A DNA stretch of 63,799 nucleotides, filler included, from Lenisia limosa (lineage: Eukaryota > Protista > Breviatea): the NCBI GenBank assembly GCA_001655205.1. It is 13 parts of 13 records of this genome, joined end to end, with 100 filler letters (N's around TTAATTAATTAA, not from the genome) between each part and the next. Parts side by side here need not be neighbours in the genome. Positions count along the whole stretch, not along the records: positions 1 to 3,332 come from LPNZ01009983.1; positions 3,433 to 6,719 come from LPNZ01003947.1; positions 6,820 to 10,462 come from LPNZ01009167.1; positions 10,563 to 12,382 come from LPNZ01005781.1; positions 12,483 to 15,098 come from LPNZ01004672.1; 8 more parts are not named here. The stretch is one strand, 5' to 3'. The translations under genes and the position numbers were made by a program. The notes under the pieces are model-generated. The model worked only from the letters and a program-made list of their open reading frames with translations. It made no database searches and was not told the DNA's origin. How positions within the stretch are numbered: the first letter of the stretch is position 1; each line of letters begins with the position of its first letter. Shown one piece after another: positions 1 through 12,519 of this stretch.

Positions 1-57
1 AGAAGAAGAAGAAGAAGAAGAAGAAGAAGAAGAAGAAGAAGAAGAAGAAGAAGAAGA
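1..57. repeat. (GAA)n microsatellite, intronic (TTC)n on the minus-strand gene
   Basis: About 19 perfect GAA units running off the window start; lies downstream of a minus-strand donor at 79. Confidence 0.95.
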
Positions 58-79
58 CGATGACAAGAGAAAGCCCTAC

Positions 80-3000
80 AGCTTGGAGGCTGTCTCTAAG
101 TGCGTCAAGGTCACGAGAAGCTGTCAACAACGTTTCCGCCACGTCTCTATCCATGACCACCTGAAACAGATTATTGTCACGTCCTATTTCCTACTAAACA
201 AAGTTTCGACAATCCGAACATCAAATAACCGTGGGTCTTAGTTGCAAATAATACTCAAAAGTTTTTTTGCAGTAAAGTCTCTATTGAAGAAGTACCCCTA
301 CCCTCAAAGATATGATATCAATACGAGAGAAATGCCCCCCCCTCCCACATCATTACTAGACACACGGCTCTGCAGGTCGGAAATAGTGGTCTGGGCCTCG
401 GCAATGTCGGCGCGTGCCTGTTGCAGATCTTGCGATAAGTTCTGGGTGGGGGTGAAACATAAAACAAATCGTATAAAACAAAAACTGTTATGGTATCTTA
501 TCATTTCCAAGACACTGTAAGGCTCCCATACCTCGATTTGCTGGTGCGCCTCAGATTCCTTGTCCATGGCTGATTTGATGGAGGCCTTGAGATCGTCTGT
601 TGATGAGACCATGTATGCTTCAAAATCGAATGACAGAAAAAAGACCCCCCACCTTCAAGTACCCTGACACGGCGCTCTGCTACCGAGAGGTCCGAAGTGG
701 TGCGCTGGATGATGTCCTGGTTCTCAGCTCTTTCGTTCTGGGGGAGAGGGGAGGGTGATATGATAACTTAGGACCAGCATTTACATTAGTTACATTAGTA
801 GCCACCTGGAGGGTGTGGATGAGGTCGTCACGTGAATTTTTCAGACTCTGGATGGTGGTGGTGGCCTCGGAGTTGGCGCGCATGGCTGCTTGCTATATAT
901 GGTAAGTTGTTCATTGATATAGTAGACATTATAATAGAAAATAGAGCCCCCCCCCACTTCAAGGTTACTGACTTGGGCTTGCATGTCAGCATGGATCTTA
1001 GCAATCTCGTTTGTGGCCTATAAGCTGACTCCTTCTCATACAACAGTATCATAACATTATTGAGCCCAAGCCGCTACCGACATGTCCTTGCCCCCCCCCC
1101 CCCCCNNNNNNNNNNNNNNNNNNNNNNNNNNNNNNNNNNNNNNNNNNNNNNNNNNNNNNNNNNNNNNNNNNNNNNNNNNNNNNNNNNNNNNNNNNNNNNN
1201 NNNNNNNNNNNNNNNNNNNNNNNNNNNNTCCGACGACTCCTGCAGACTTACCAGCGCGGCCGCCTGAGGAGTGAAAAGATGTCAACTTACAAACCTGTTC
1301 GGATTTGAGTTGCTCCAATTCGGCTCTCTGGTCTTCCTTCAGAGTCCTCAGGTCAGCCTCGAACTGAGCCGCTGCGGCCGTCAGGTCCGATTCTGTGGAC
1401 AAATCAGAGATATGGCGAAGAAGAGCAATATTATACTCATCCAGCACATTAACGTAAGCTCCCGATAAACAACTCACGTAAAGCTATGACGTTCGCTTCG
1501 CATTCGCCCTGTGCCAGTTCCAAGGTCACCGTATTGTCCAAGGACATCCGCTCAATTTGCCGTTCATGGTCGCTCTGGGGGGGGGNNNNNNNNNNNNNNN
1601 NNNNNNNNNNNNNNNNNNNNNNNNNNNNNNNNNNNNNNNNNNNNNNNNNNNNNNNNNNNNNNNNNNNNNNNNNNNNNNNNNCTCGAGGATATATGATCCT
1701 CCCATCCTGGCACCTGAAGGTCATGGGTCTTCTGTTCGAAGTCTTTTTCAGCCTTCTAATATCGTAAATAACAATTGACTGGGTTATGGAAGCGAACTAA
1801 GAACAAAACACTATAACTGATTTCAGTTGGACGATGAAAGGAGGTATTAATTACAAGGGGAAAGAGTGGTCTGCTCACCTTCAAAGTTTTTTTGCCCTCG
1901 TCAACAGCCTTGGCCAAAATAGCGTCGTAGTCAGCACGCAAGTCTCTGGTGGCCCTATGAAGTGAGTCATTCCTGCTGCAACTGTCGTGTCAAAACCCTG
2001 TTGATATGCAGGGAACTTGAGTGGCCAAATAGGCTCACCGCGCGTGGCTCTCATGGATGTCGTGGAGGGCGGCCTGGTGGCTGGATTCGGCTGCAGCCAG
2101 CCGTCCGGAGTAGGACTCTTCGGTGGCGGCAACAGTCTGCGGGGGGGGGGGGGNNNNNNNNNNNNNNNNNNNNNNNNNNNNNNNNNNNNNNNNNNNNNNN
2201 NNNNNNNNNNNNNNNNNNNNNNNNNNNNNNNNNNNNNNNNNNNNNNNNNNGAAACAACAAAACAACAAAACAAATAAACAAAGCCCAGTCGCTTCTGCAA
2301 CACCGCATCCCATCACTCCAGCGTACGGGATAAGAGGCCAAACCTATGCCTCAACTGTTGATGCGACAAAGCGCAGCACCGCCCACCTTCCTAGCCTCGG
2401 ACGCGAGGGATGCCAGGCCGTCACGCTCAGTGCGCAGTGACGCCACAACGTGTTCCAGGGCCTGACTGCGGGACTCGCTTTCCTGGGGGGGGGGGGTGAC
2501 GTCACCAAAAGTTCACCGCCCATAGCATTAAGCAACACATCAATAAATAAACCTGGGGGTGGCTCACGGCGAGTGAAGTGACCAGACCAGTAGCCTTCTC
2601 ATCGGCCTCATGACAACGCGCAACTAAAGTGGCGTGGTGGCGCGCTTNNNNNNNNNNNNNNNNNNNNNNNNNNNNNNNNNNNNNNNNNNNNNNNNNNNNN
2701 NNNNNNNNNNNNNNNNNNNNNNNNNNNNNNNNNNNNNNNNNNNNNNNNNNNNNNNNNNNNNNNNNNNNNACACCAGGACGGGTATCAGTGAATTTGCTCG
2801 AGTTATGGCCAAGTAGCAGAGCATACCTCCTGAGTTCCTTGATATGCGCTTCCGAGGCCTTCAGGCCCAGCGTCGAGTCTTCCTGGGGGGTTAGCCCATT
2901 CACAGGCAAGCAAGCAAGGCGGTGCAATGAGGACGCAGAAATAGCAGCTTACTTGGCTGCTAGAACGCAGGGACGCCACCTCCTTCTCATATGCTTCCAC

Positions 3001-3290
3001 AACCCTGGCTTGTGTGGACAGCGCTGAGAGAGCCTGAGGGGGGAGGGGTTACAATCTTGGCTCAATCGATAAAGGAAACAAATGATACAAAGCACGGGCC
3101 ACCTCATCACGCTCCTTTTTGAGGTGTCGAACGGAGTGATGCGAAGGCTCGGTCGGCTACACCGTTACGTCTTGCAAACATATCAATGTCTCAAATACCC
3201 TGTTATGTGCACTCGAAGGTATATTATATGAGTACTTATTCTCACCAAATCCTGAGGTGTAATGTAGGCGTCAAGGCTCTGAGCGGTTCC
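80..3290 (-). CDS. Multi-exon long coiled-coil protein, hypothetical, partial
   Basis: GT-AG flanked exons give heptad-like peptides: VVMDRDVAETLLTASRDLDALRDSLQA, NLSQDLQQARADIAEAQTTISDLQSR, DLTAAAAQFEADLRTLKEDQRAELEQLKSE, VEAYEKEVASLRSSSQ. No family motif recognised. Confidence 0.7.
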
Positions 3291-3332
3291 CTGAAAAGTA
3301 AGATATCCCCCATAGACCCCCCGTAAGATATC

Positions 3333-3432
3333 NNNNNNNNNNNNNNNNNNNNNNNNNNNNNNNNNNNNNNNNNNNNTTAATTAATTAANNNNNNNNNNNN
3401 NNNNNNNNNNNNNNNNNNNNNNNNNNNNNNNN
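3333..3432. other. Artificial scaffold linker (44N-TTAATTAATTAA-44N), first of 12
   Basis: Identical six-frame-stop spacer at 3377, 6764, 10507, 12427, 15143, 27021, 29634, 34999, 50271, 58625, 59872 and 62527, each embedded in Ns. Confidence 0.98.
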
Positions 3433-3577
3433 TTGGTTGGGTCTTCCATACTGTCCGAAAAAGACTGGTAAAACCATCGATATTTATCAGGATTTATAGA
3501 GACATTCAGTTTTTTTTTGTTTTTCGACCGTAAGGAAGCTCAACTTGTGGTAGTAGCTCAGATTGATAACTTAGAAT

Positions 3578-3677
3578 TAGGGCTTCCCTACGGTCTGAAA
3601 AAGACCGTTTAAATATCGATATTTATCGAGGATTTATCGAGATATTCGGTCTATTTTGGGACCCTAGGGAAGTACTA
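3578..3677. mobile_element. MITE family A (hAT-like), subfamily TAGGGCTTCCCTACGG
   Basis: Imperfect TIRs; 8-bp TSD cttagaat/tttagaat. A sister copy lies at ~3438-3543. Confidence 0.8.
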
Positions 3678-3778
3678 TTTAGAATATTCATATTCATCAG
3701 TTTTGTCTGATGATAAGGCATTTCATGCCCAAATGTCCCTACCTAGCCTGTTAAAACGCCCCAAATAACCCCCTTTAG

Positions 3779-6020
3779 AAGGCTGAAGAACAGGCAAGAA
3801 AAGACAAGAAGCAAAAAGTCAAGGTACGATGTGTCCCATGAGTTAGGGCTTCACTTAGGTTCGAAAAAAACCAGGAAAATATCGATAGTTTTCGAGGATT
3901 TATCGAGAAATTCAGCCTTTTTTCGAACCAAAGTGAATCCCTAATTATAGTAGAATAAATTAGATTTCCTATAATCAGAAAAGAGCCGCTATATGCACTG
4001 TCTGTTTTGACGAAGTTGATTGTTTTTCCTTTTTGAAATAATATTTATCAATTATTCCCTTATGAGAACAAACTACATATTATTATACACAAAGTAATTT
4101 TATTTATTTTGAAAGAAATAACTAATACCTTTTTCCTTGTGAGGATATGATTGGTTTGTCATTTATTTCTTTTTTAGGATATGATTAGCGCTGCACGGCC
4201 ACAGAAGCCGACTCATGTCTCAAAATGGTACAAAGTAGGCCTGAAATACCGCAGTAACGGAATGTGTAAGGATATCGATTTATCTAGGTTAAATAGAATT
4301 TAATTAATTCAAATTCAGAAAAAGCAATATAATGAAGGGGTGTTTTTTCCCTTTCCCAGGTCCTCTTTGTTGAATAAATGAGGGAAACAAATAAATACAG
4401 AGGGATGCCATTAACAAATTTTCCTACTTCGCGCCTGTCCATTGCTGGTCTATTATTTCAAGCCTAAATGCTATGACGCACCTCAAACGCATTTAGGATG
4501 TTGTTGAAGAGAAGAAGCGAGAAAAACGTCACAAAGAAGGCATTTATAGTGATGAAGATGAAGGCGTGGTGGAAGTTGAGGAACCCCTTCCACCAATAGC
4601 GCCACAAAAAGCCAAGAAAGTTGGGGGGGGGGGGGGNNNNNNNNNNNNNNNNNNNNNNNNNNNNNNNNNNNNNNNNNNNNNNNNNNNNNNTTAAGATAAG
4701 TACTATCACTATAATTGATATATTATGGTAAAGCGTATACCAAAGGCTTCCCTTCGATCCAAAAAAGACCGGTAATATATGGAAATGTAATGAGGATTTA
4801 TCTAGAAATTCAGTCTTTTTTGGGACCGAAGAGAAGCCCAAGGTAGACCATTATTAACGAGGTTCTATCCAGATATTTTATGACATTCTTACCCAGGATG
4901 ACTCTGTCTAGAAATTTCCTCTCATGCCCATGTAGCAAGTTGACAAGCAGCACAAAAATGAGATGACAGGCCTCTGTCTTCCCGCTCTGTCCATTCAGAT
5001 CCGCGACCCCGCGTTCCACTACCAGCTACCGAGAAGCGTTGGTGGCGATAAAACGCTGTGGATTGTCTTTTAGCAACATTCCTTAACTTCTCAAATATGT
5101 TTCTCTTTAATGTTTTATACAGCAGATAATATCAAATTAACCTCCAACTATATCAGATGTGAGAGATGTAACAAATGATAATATCTTTAGCAACAGAAAA
5201 TGGGGCTAGTTGCTCGAAAAAAGAATGCGACCGACCAAATGTGGCTCATGTATAATAGGTGAGAAACGGCCAAATTGGGGGTTGAACCCGTGATTCAGTT
5301 CCGGTTCTGGAATTGAACCGAAACTCAATTTTCAAAATCTGAGAAACCTGAACCAAGAACCGGGAGTGAACGTTTAGTCATGAATAATACATAATGGTGT
5401 GGGTTATGTATAATAGGTGAGGGGGGAAGAACGCCTGCTTTGAAAATCGGAGGGTCTTGCAGACACATCTTCGATCACTTATCAAAAATATGTCGAAGTA
5501 CTATGAGGGGGATATGTACAGCAGATTCTTTCTAATTCAAGCTTATTCATGTAGTTTCATGTCTGATACCTGGTATGATAATATACTGAGAATATTAATG
5601 ACACCTCTATTTACCTTCATTTTCCTCGTTTTCACCCCATATTGACTGTTTCAGTGCCCTATCAAGGAAGCAAAAAGCCGAAGAGCTGCTGAAGGTGAGA
5701 ACCCTCTTGCCTAAATATTATTGATTTTTTGTCTGATTTAACAATGAGAATCATAACCCTGAGCTATGTACGATGTTAACTGGAGTGATGTGGTGTTTTA
5801 GAAGCGACTGGCCTNNNNNNNNNNNNNNNNNNNNNNNNNNNNNNNNNNNNNNNNNNNNNNNNNNNNNNNNNNNNNNNNNNNNNNNNNNNNNNNNNNNNNN
5901 NNNNNCTCTTTTTTTTTGTTTCAACAATTTTCCAATTTTACTCCCCCAGGCAAACCCCCCACCGACAGTTCTAGGAGACGCATCATCATATGTGGTGGGA
6001 GGATTTGGCCCAAGTGTCCC
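3779..6020 (+). CDS. Multi-exon charged/low-complexity hypothetical protein, partial
   Basis: Exons with AG/GT boundaries: KAEEQARKDKKQKVK, DMISAARPQKPTHVSKWYK, DVVEEKKREKRHKEGIYSDEDEGVVEVEEPLPPIAPQKAKK, CPIKEAKSRRAAE. Frames are partly ambiguous. Confidence 0.5.
3844..3943. mobile_element. MITE family A
   Basis: TAGGGCTTCACTTAGGTTCGAAAA...TTTTCGAACCAAAGTGAATCCCTA terminal inverted repeats; intronic. Confidence 0.85.
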
Positions 6021-6091
6021 ATGATGTTACTCTGTGATTTTCATTTTCGTTCTTGCAAATTTTTTTTGTAGTGTGTGTATATGTTTGTGCT

Positions 6092-6260
6092 ATTTTCAGA
6101 CCAATTTGTTGTTGCCTGATTTACAGACCGATTTGTTGTGGCCTGATTTTCAGACCGATTTGTAGTGGCCTGATTTTCAGACCAATTTGCTGTTGCCTGA
6201 TTTTCAGACCAATTTGCTGTTGCCTGATTTACAGACCGATTTGTTGTTGCCTGATTTTCA
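6092..6260. repeat. 27-bp tandem repeat, about 6 copies
   Basis: Unit TTTTCAGACCAATTTGYTGTTGCCTGA, head-to-tail with no spacers. Open on both strands (minus reads NQATTNRSE/NQATANWSE). Confidence 0.95.
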
Positions 6261-6948
6261 TATTTGAGCACAGTCTCTGTCAGTTGCTTACTCTATCTAA
6301 ATCCATGCATGCCTTGCCTCCCCATTAATACTTCTTCACTTCGGTGATAGTTTTCGAGGATTTATCGAGAAATTTGGTCTTTTTTCGAACCGAAGTGAAG
6401 CCTTACCCTTTCAGCTTTGAACTACCGCCTTAATTTTCGATTTAGCCCTCATCAATTCCCGCCCCCCAATTGCCGGATGCCGCAATGTTGGACAAAATCA
6501 CTGAGAGGTACAACACTTTTATTAAGTAAGCTTTTGGCTTTTTATTTTTGTTATTGTTACCCCCACCCCCCTCGCGCGCCCTTATCTTTCTTTGCTTTGT
6601 TTTTTTCAAGATTTGTCGGTTTGAAAGTCTGAATTCCGAACTATATGTTCTCAGCATCATTCTATAAGGTCGTTTTTCACAACTTTATCCTTTTTGAGTA
6701 ATGTTCGATGAGAGTTGATNNNNNNNNNNNNNNNNNNNNNNNNNNNNNNNNNNNNNNNNNNNNTTAATTAATTAANNNNNNNNNNNNNNNNNNNNNNNNN
6801 NNNNNNNNNNNNNNNNNNNTAAGAGATATTGGATTATAGTTTAATATTAATTCACCCAATCATTTGCCTTACATATAGCTACAACATAATATATTAATAT
6901 ATGATATGAATATGATATAACATATAATAAAGTCCCTACTTGCATAAC

Positions 6949-9900
6949 CGAGGAGATGAAGGGCATGGCCTTCTTAAGATGGGGCTTGACAACGTCGAGG
7001 GACTAAATGGTGAGGGTAGTGAGAAAAATTGGAAATTTTGAAAAAAAAAAAAAAAANNNNNNNNNNNNNNNNNNNNNNNNNNNNNNNNNNNNNNNNNNNN
7101 NNNNNNNNNNNNNNNNNNNNNNNNNNNNNNNNNNNNNNNNNNNNNNNNNNNNNNNNNNNNNNNNNNNNNNNNNNNNNNNNNNNNNNNNNNNNNNNNNNNN
7201 NNNNNNNNNNNNNNNNNNNNNNNNNNNNNNNNGTTCGCCTCAAAGACTATTAATTATTTGGACGTTGTGATTTGAGGGGCGGTTTTGTGTTTGATTATTA
7301 GTAAATCCACAAAGCTCTTGAAAAGGTGTAAACACTAAATTATCCCCTTTTTACCTTAATATTGACGAAGACTTCCTTGGAGTCGGGGAATGTTCCAGCT
7401 TCCTACAGTATTAGAGTCCTTCATTTAGAACTTTAGTCCTTCATTTGGCCAAGAAATGAACGAAACAGTTCCCCCCACCCCCCCTCCATGATATATGACC
7501 AACTTGTCCCCACCTTGTTGTAGCAGTTCTGGAGGACCTCGAGACAAGCAGCTTGCCAGGCAGGGAATCTGCGTAGTGAATGGGGGNNNNNNNNNNNNNN
7601 NNNNNNNNNNNNNNNNNNNNNNNNNNNNNNNNNNNNNNNNNNNNNNNNNNNNNNNNNNNNNNNNNNNNNNNNNNNNNNNNNNNNNNNNNNNNNNNNNNNN
7701 NNNNNNNNNNNNNNNNNNNNNNNNNNNNNNNNNNNNNNNNGAGGTGTTGAGAAATAATAATGTGTATGTACATGTGGCGCATTTATTCCAGTCAGGAATA
7801 AAACTAAATTAAGCCTTTTCTGGTCATATTTTTTCTTTCCCACGTGGTGGCAACATTGATGGTGCACTTGGTCATCTTGAGGACCTCAGCGGCGGCGCCC
7901 TTCTAAAAGCGGTAACTGCCATAAGAGGAAGGTTGGCTGGTAACTACCATAAGAGTAAGGTGATAGAAATAAGGCTCAGATTCCCAGCAAAGGTCTTCAG
8001 TGGAGTTAGCAAGCACTATGCCTGCCCTCCTTCTCAGAAGTATCTTATTGAATCATCATCGTCTCGTTCCCCCCCCCCCCTTNNNNNNNNNNNNNNNNNN
8101 NNNNNNNNNNNNNNNNNNNNNNNNNNNNNNNNNNNNNNNNNNNNNNNNNNNNNNNNNNNNNNNNNNNGTTGTTAGCCTTCTTCAGACCAGTGGCAGCAAG
8201 AGACTTCACGTGCTCAATGTAGTTGTAGGACTGGGGGGTGAAACGAAGGATATTGATGAAACAAAAAACAAAAAACAACTTGGATTTGTGAAACACATGA
8301 GGGTTGAAAGCAACAAAAAGAAAGCCCAGGCTTCCACAGAGGAGCGTCATATTCCGCCAATACCCCTTTAGTCAAAACACCCCTTTTTCAGTCAAAATAC
8401 CCCCGGGTACCTGGAGAAGGGTGTTGTCGACCTCGCCAGCTTCGGGCCATCTGGGGGGGTTATATGGAATGCAGGATACTGGGGTTCTGGAGAGAGAGAG
8501 AGAAAGAGAGAGGTAATGCTTGGTGTTACAAAACTGCCAAAATGACTGTGATAAGCCCTCAACCTAGCCTTCTTGATGCTGTTGCCCTTTCCAATGAGCT
8601 TCCAGCAATGGTCGGCAAAGTGGGGACAGATCGGAGAGATCAGGAGAAGTTGAACCTCAATGAAGCGCATCAGAAGGTCCTGGGGGGGGGGGTAAAATTA
8701 GACAATTTATCCAACAAAAGCCCAAAANNNNNNNNNNNNNNNNNNNNNNNNNNNNNNNNNNNNNNNNNNNNNNNNNNNNNNNNNNNNNNNNNNNNNNNNN
8801 NNTAATAACATACGCGGGTCGAGAACAACAAAACACAAACAAAGCCCGTATAAATGGGGTCTAGGGGGGATGGCAAGAGATGAAATATAACAAACAATAC
8901 CCTCTCCTCTCCCCACCTTGTTCATAGTCTCAGAGGCGGAGCGGTAGAAGTCACGAGCACTCTGAAGGTCGAAGAATCCAATCTGCATCGTTAAAAGAGT
9001 CCCCCTGTTGTCTTCGCCCCCTCTGAATACACAGGGACCGGGATAAGTCTTGACCGATTTCTATATACAGTATACGATCTCCCAAGGAAAATCGGTCAAA
9101 ACTTATCCCGGTCAGTGTACCTCAATACCCCCCTCCCCCCCTTGACCTTAAGCGCCTCGCGGAAAAGCATGCGTTCATAGGCAGCGTCACAGCTAGGGAT
9201 GATCTTGGGGGAGTAAAACGAAGGAATTTTTAATGAAGAATATTGGCGTAAAGGTAGTAATGATCTGGGGGGAGTGAAATGGAAATCAATGAAGATTGGT
9301 AGGGTGAACAACATCAAACATAATTCCCCCTGAAAATAACTCGGGTTTGCTCGTACCTTGTTGATGAGGCTGACAAAGACATGGTCTTGCCAGGTGGAGG
9401 GAGGACCAGTACTACAGGGGGGTTAATGAAGCGAAACCCCCGAATCAACTCTGTTGCTTAATAATTGAGGAGCACCTAATGGTTAACGAAAAGACTGACC
9501 CCCCATCATATGGTATTTTATATCTTATATGATAACATATACACTGACTGGATAAGTCTTGACCAATTTGCTACGTGGTTTCAAAGGAAAATCGGTGAAG
9601 ACTAATCCCGGTCTCTGTAAACCCCCCACCGCATGCCCTCGGAAGAAAGGACCTCATTGATCCAGGTCAGGAAGGTGGTGAGTCTGAGAATACCCATGTT
9701 GGCGGTGTCGTCCACAAAGTTGGCGTCGTCAATACCGTCACCTGGGGGGTGCGGGGTAAATTTCGAAGAAGAATATTTGGGTAAAGGTGATAATCACGAA
9801 CCAAAAATCCAAAACACCAAACAAAACTAAGCAATAACAAACCCGGGGGACAAAAGTTTAAACAATGTGAAATGCCTATATTCCACCAGGACAACTTTCA

Positions 9901-10462
9901 AAACTTTGAAAACCCAATCTCCAGTGTTCCCGTTTTCACTCGTGGCCTAATAATACCATTATTCTTCACCATTAGTTTACCCCACCAGAGTCAGCAAGGG
10001 CGAAGCGCATGGCGTCAGCGGAGTACTTCTTCATAGCGTCCTCCAGGGTTAGGAAGTTGCCGGTAGACTTGGACATCTGGGGGAAGAAATTAACGGGGAC
10101 ATTTATGTACCAAGAAAGCCAGAATCCCTCTCTCCTTATAACACCATTATACTTGCAATTGCCTTCGTTTACTCCCTCCTGACCTTTTCGTTGTTCATCA
10201 TCAGATGACCGTTGATACGGATACCTTGAGGGCACATATCCTGGGAGGTGAGACCATCACGTCTATAAGGGATATTGGATCATGGTATCTGGCCGCACAC
10301 CATCATGTTTAGAAGAGATGTTGGATCCTCTCTTTCCTTTATTAGATATCTTTATTTATTTGATACACACATTGCCACATTCAATTCATTCATCATAGCC
10401 CCACCTCTTCGAAGATGGCGGAGTGGTTGTAAAGGAAGAAGGTGAGATGGTTGTTGACAAGG
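6949..10462 (-). CDS. LARS1: Cytosolic leucyl-tRNA synthetase, C-terminal half, partial
   Basis: Exons encode [48 protein letters not shown] (KMSKS region), [65 protein letters not shown] and KKAMPF, in the order known for eukaryotic cytosolic LeuRS. Confidence 0.96.
8231..8331 (-). repeat. Family E intron 3'-end element (LARS intron)
   Basis: Sense strand reads gcctgggctttctttttgttgctttcaaccctcatgtgt...ttgtttcatcaatatccttcgtttcacc...cag, ending at the acceptor. Confidence 0.75.
9030..9117. mobile_element. MITE family C (Tc1/mariner-like)
   Basis: Palindromic GACCGGGATAAGTCTTGACCGATTT...AAATCGGTCAAAACTTATCCCGGTC, flanked by TA; inside a LARS intron. Confidence 0.8.
9542..9617. mobile_element. 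MITE family C
   Basis: Second copy, in another LARS intron, with the same TIR core and TA flanks. Confidence 0.75.
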
Positions 10463-10799
10463 NNNNNNNNNNNNNNNNNNNNNNNNNNNNNNNNNNNNNN
10501 NNNNNNTTAATTAATTAANNNNNNNNNNNNNNNNNNNNNNNNNNNNNNNNNNNNNNNNNNNNCTGTGACTATTCTAAACCATACTGATGCTGAGCAAAAA
10601 AGTAGTAATGGTACAAAAAAAGGGGGTTGGCTGGGCAAAAACAGACAAAACAAACCCACACACAGCAAATATTGAAATCAAAACAACAACACAAAAAACA
10701 AAACAAAGGGGCACAAGTCAAAGGTTACTTGTTTGTAAAAAAAATTAATAAGCTTAGAGGAATAATAGCACTAGGGCTTTGAAAAAGCTCCCCTAGTTA

Positions 10800-12382
10800 A
10801 TCTTTGAACATAGACATTGTAACAGACTTGGAGCATCAGGCGGCCGCGTCTGGGATAAGGAAGGGAAATCTGCAGACAGAAATGAAGCTTTTAGAAAAAC
10901 AAACAAAGCCNNNNNNNNNNNNNNNNNNNNNNNNNNNNNNNNNNNNNNNNNNNNNNNNNNNNNNNNNNNNNNNNAAATATTCAACCCAATTTCCATGCAA
11001 ACTTTCTGGCAGGGTCGCAAATTCGAATGATTTTATTCTCAAGTGACATTCCTAAGTTGTTAATAAGGAATCATGCTTTAAGGAAAGAAAAAGATTATCT
11101 TTATGATGTCCTCGTGTAATTAAGAATCAAATGAAAGAACTCCATCGCTGATACCCACCATGGCCTCTCATTTTAGCAAGCCAAGCCTCCTCGGGAAGTC
11201 TCATAGTTACAAAAGCATAGCCTTTCGAGTCTCCCTAATATATAAGTCATAACACAATTATCACAATGAGTGGTAACCATGTTTAGCTTCCTCCTTTGTT
11301 GATTAGGGCGTCATTTTGGTCCGAAAAAGATCGGGAAAATATCGATAGCTTTCGACAAGTTATCGAAAAATTTGGTCTTTTTTCGAAAGTGAAACCTTAG
11401 TTTTGATCAAAACTATGATGCAAATTGAATCCTCCCTCCTCACATTGGCTTCTTTGATCAGGTTCACGAGTCGGACATTTCCGAACTTTGTCATCACATC
11501 CTTTACCTTCTCTAGCAGGAGAGTAAAAATTAAAATCCCAAAACAGCTCGTTTGGATGCATAATTATTCACACACAAAATATTTAAAGACCAACTAAATG
11601 CTCTTAAATCTATCTCAACATCTCACGATAAGTGATTCCTGATTTCAAAAGAGTTCTTGAATCGCCTATAACCACATCATCATAGTACATCATTGTCAAA
11701 AACTAAATCAACAAACCTTCGGTCATGGTTTTCGGTAAATTGAATACAGCTATTCTGTTGGTTTGCTCGGGTGGACAGGGCTATTGGGTAACAAAACAGG
11801 ATATGAAAGGGCTTGAGAGAACAACAATAAACAGCACGGGGTATTCACTCGAGTGATGAGGCAAAAAAACATACCATATGATATAAACAATCGTTTGTCA
11901 ACAATGGTGAGTCTCAAGAAATAACAATGAAAACAAGCCCAACTCACAGGGACAGGGGGAGGGGTGCGAGACCTGTCGTAGGCTTGAGGGAGTCCTGCAT
12001 AACCAGACACGGCCGGAGACGGGTCAATAGGGGCTGAATAGTAACAGCAATATTAAAAATACATACATATATACTCCATAAATTATACTGTCTTGTATAT
12101 TGTAGTATATCATATACAAATGAAATGTGCTATGCTGTATTAATCTTGAAGAAAATAGTAGAGTATTATATCATATATAATTATTCAGAAGAGCCCCTCA
12201 CGTCGAGTGTAGCGTTCGCGTCCACGCATGGCACTCTCACGTAGTTCACGATCCCGAATTTCGCGCTGGCGTACATCGCGTTCCCTCATTTCGCGGTCTC
12301 TGATCTCGCGATCAGCATGGAATTCGGGGCGGTCGAAAGGAGGTTCATCATAGCGTCTAGGCGGTCCGGCATGGGGATGGGG
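10800..12382 (-). CDS. RRM RNA-binding protein with an RE/RD-rich region, partial
   Basis: Exon RDREMRERDVRQREIRDRELRES, then an in-phase spliced RRM: QKVKDVMTKFGNVRLVNLIKEAN..GDSKGYAFVTMRLPEEAWLAKMRGHGMSLENKIIRI (RNP1-like KGYAFVTM). Confidence 0.75.
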
Positions 12383-12519
12383 NNNNNNNNNNNNNNNNNN
12401 NNNNNNNNNNNNNNNNNNNNNNNNNNTTAATTAATTAANNNNNNNNNNNNNNNNNNNNNNNNNNNNNNNNNNNNNNNNNNNNAATTTCTCTTAACTGAAC
12501 GCCAGAATACCGTCCTAAA

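Noticed and set aside
3844-3943. Family A MITEs as Introners that create whole introns
   Set aside because: Copies lie inside longer introns, in both orientations, and their ends do not coincide with GT or AG sites.
6092-6260. CRISPR array (also considered for 41638-41765, 49608-49709 and the dispersed palindromes)
   Set aside because: Units are head-to-tail without unique spacers, no cas genes are present, and the context is eukaryotic. The dispersed palindromes have TIRs and TSDs.
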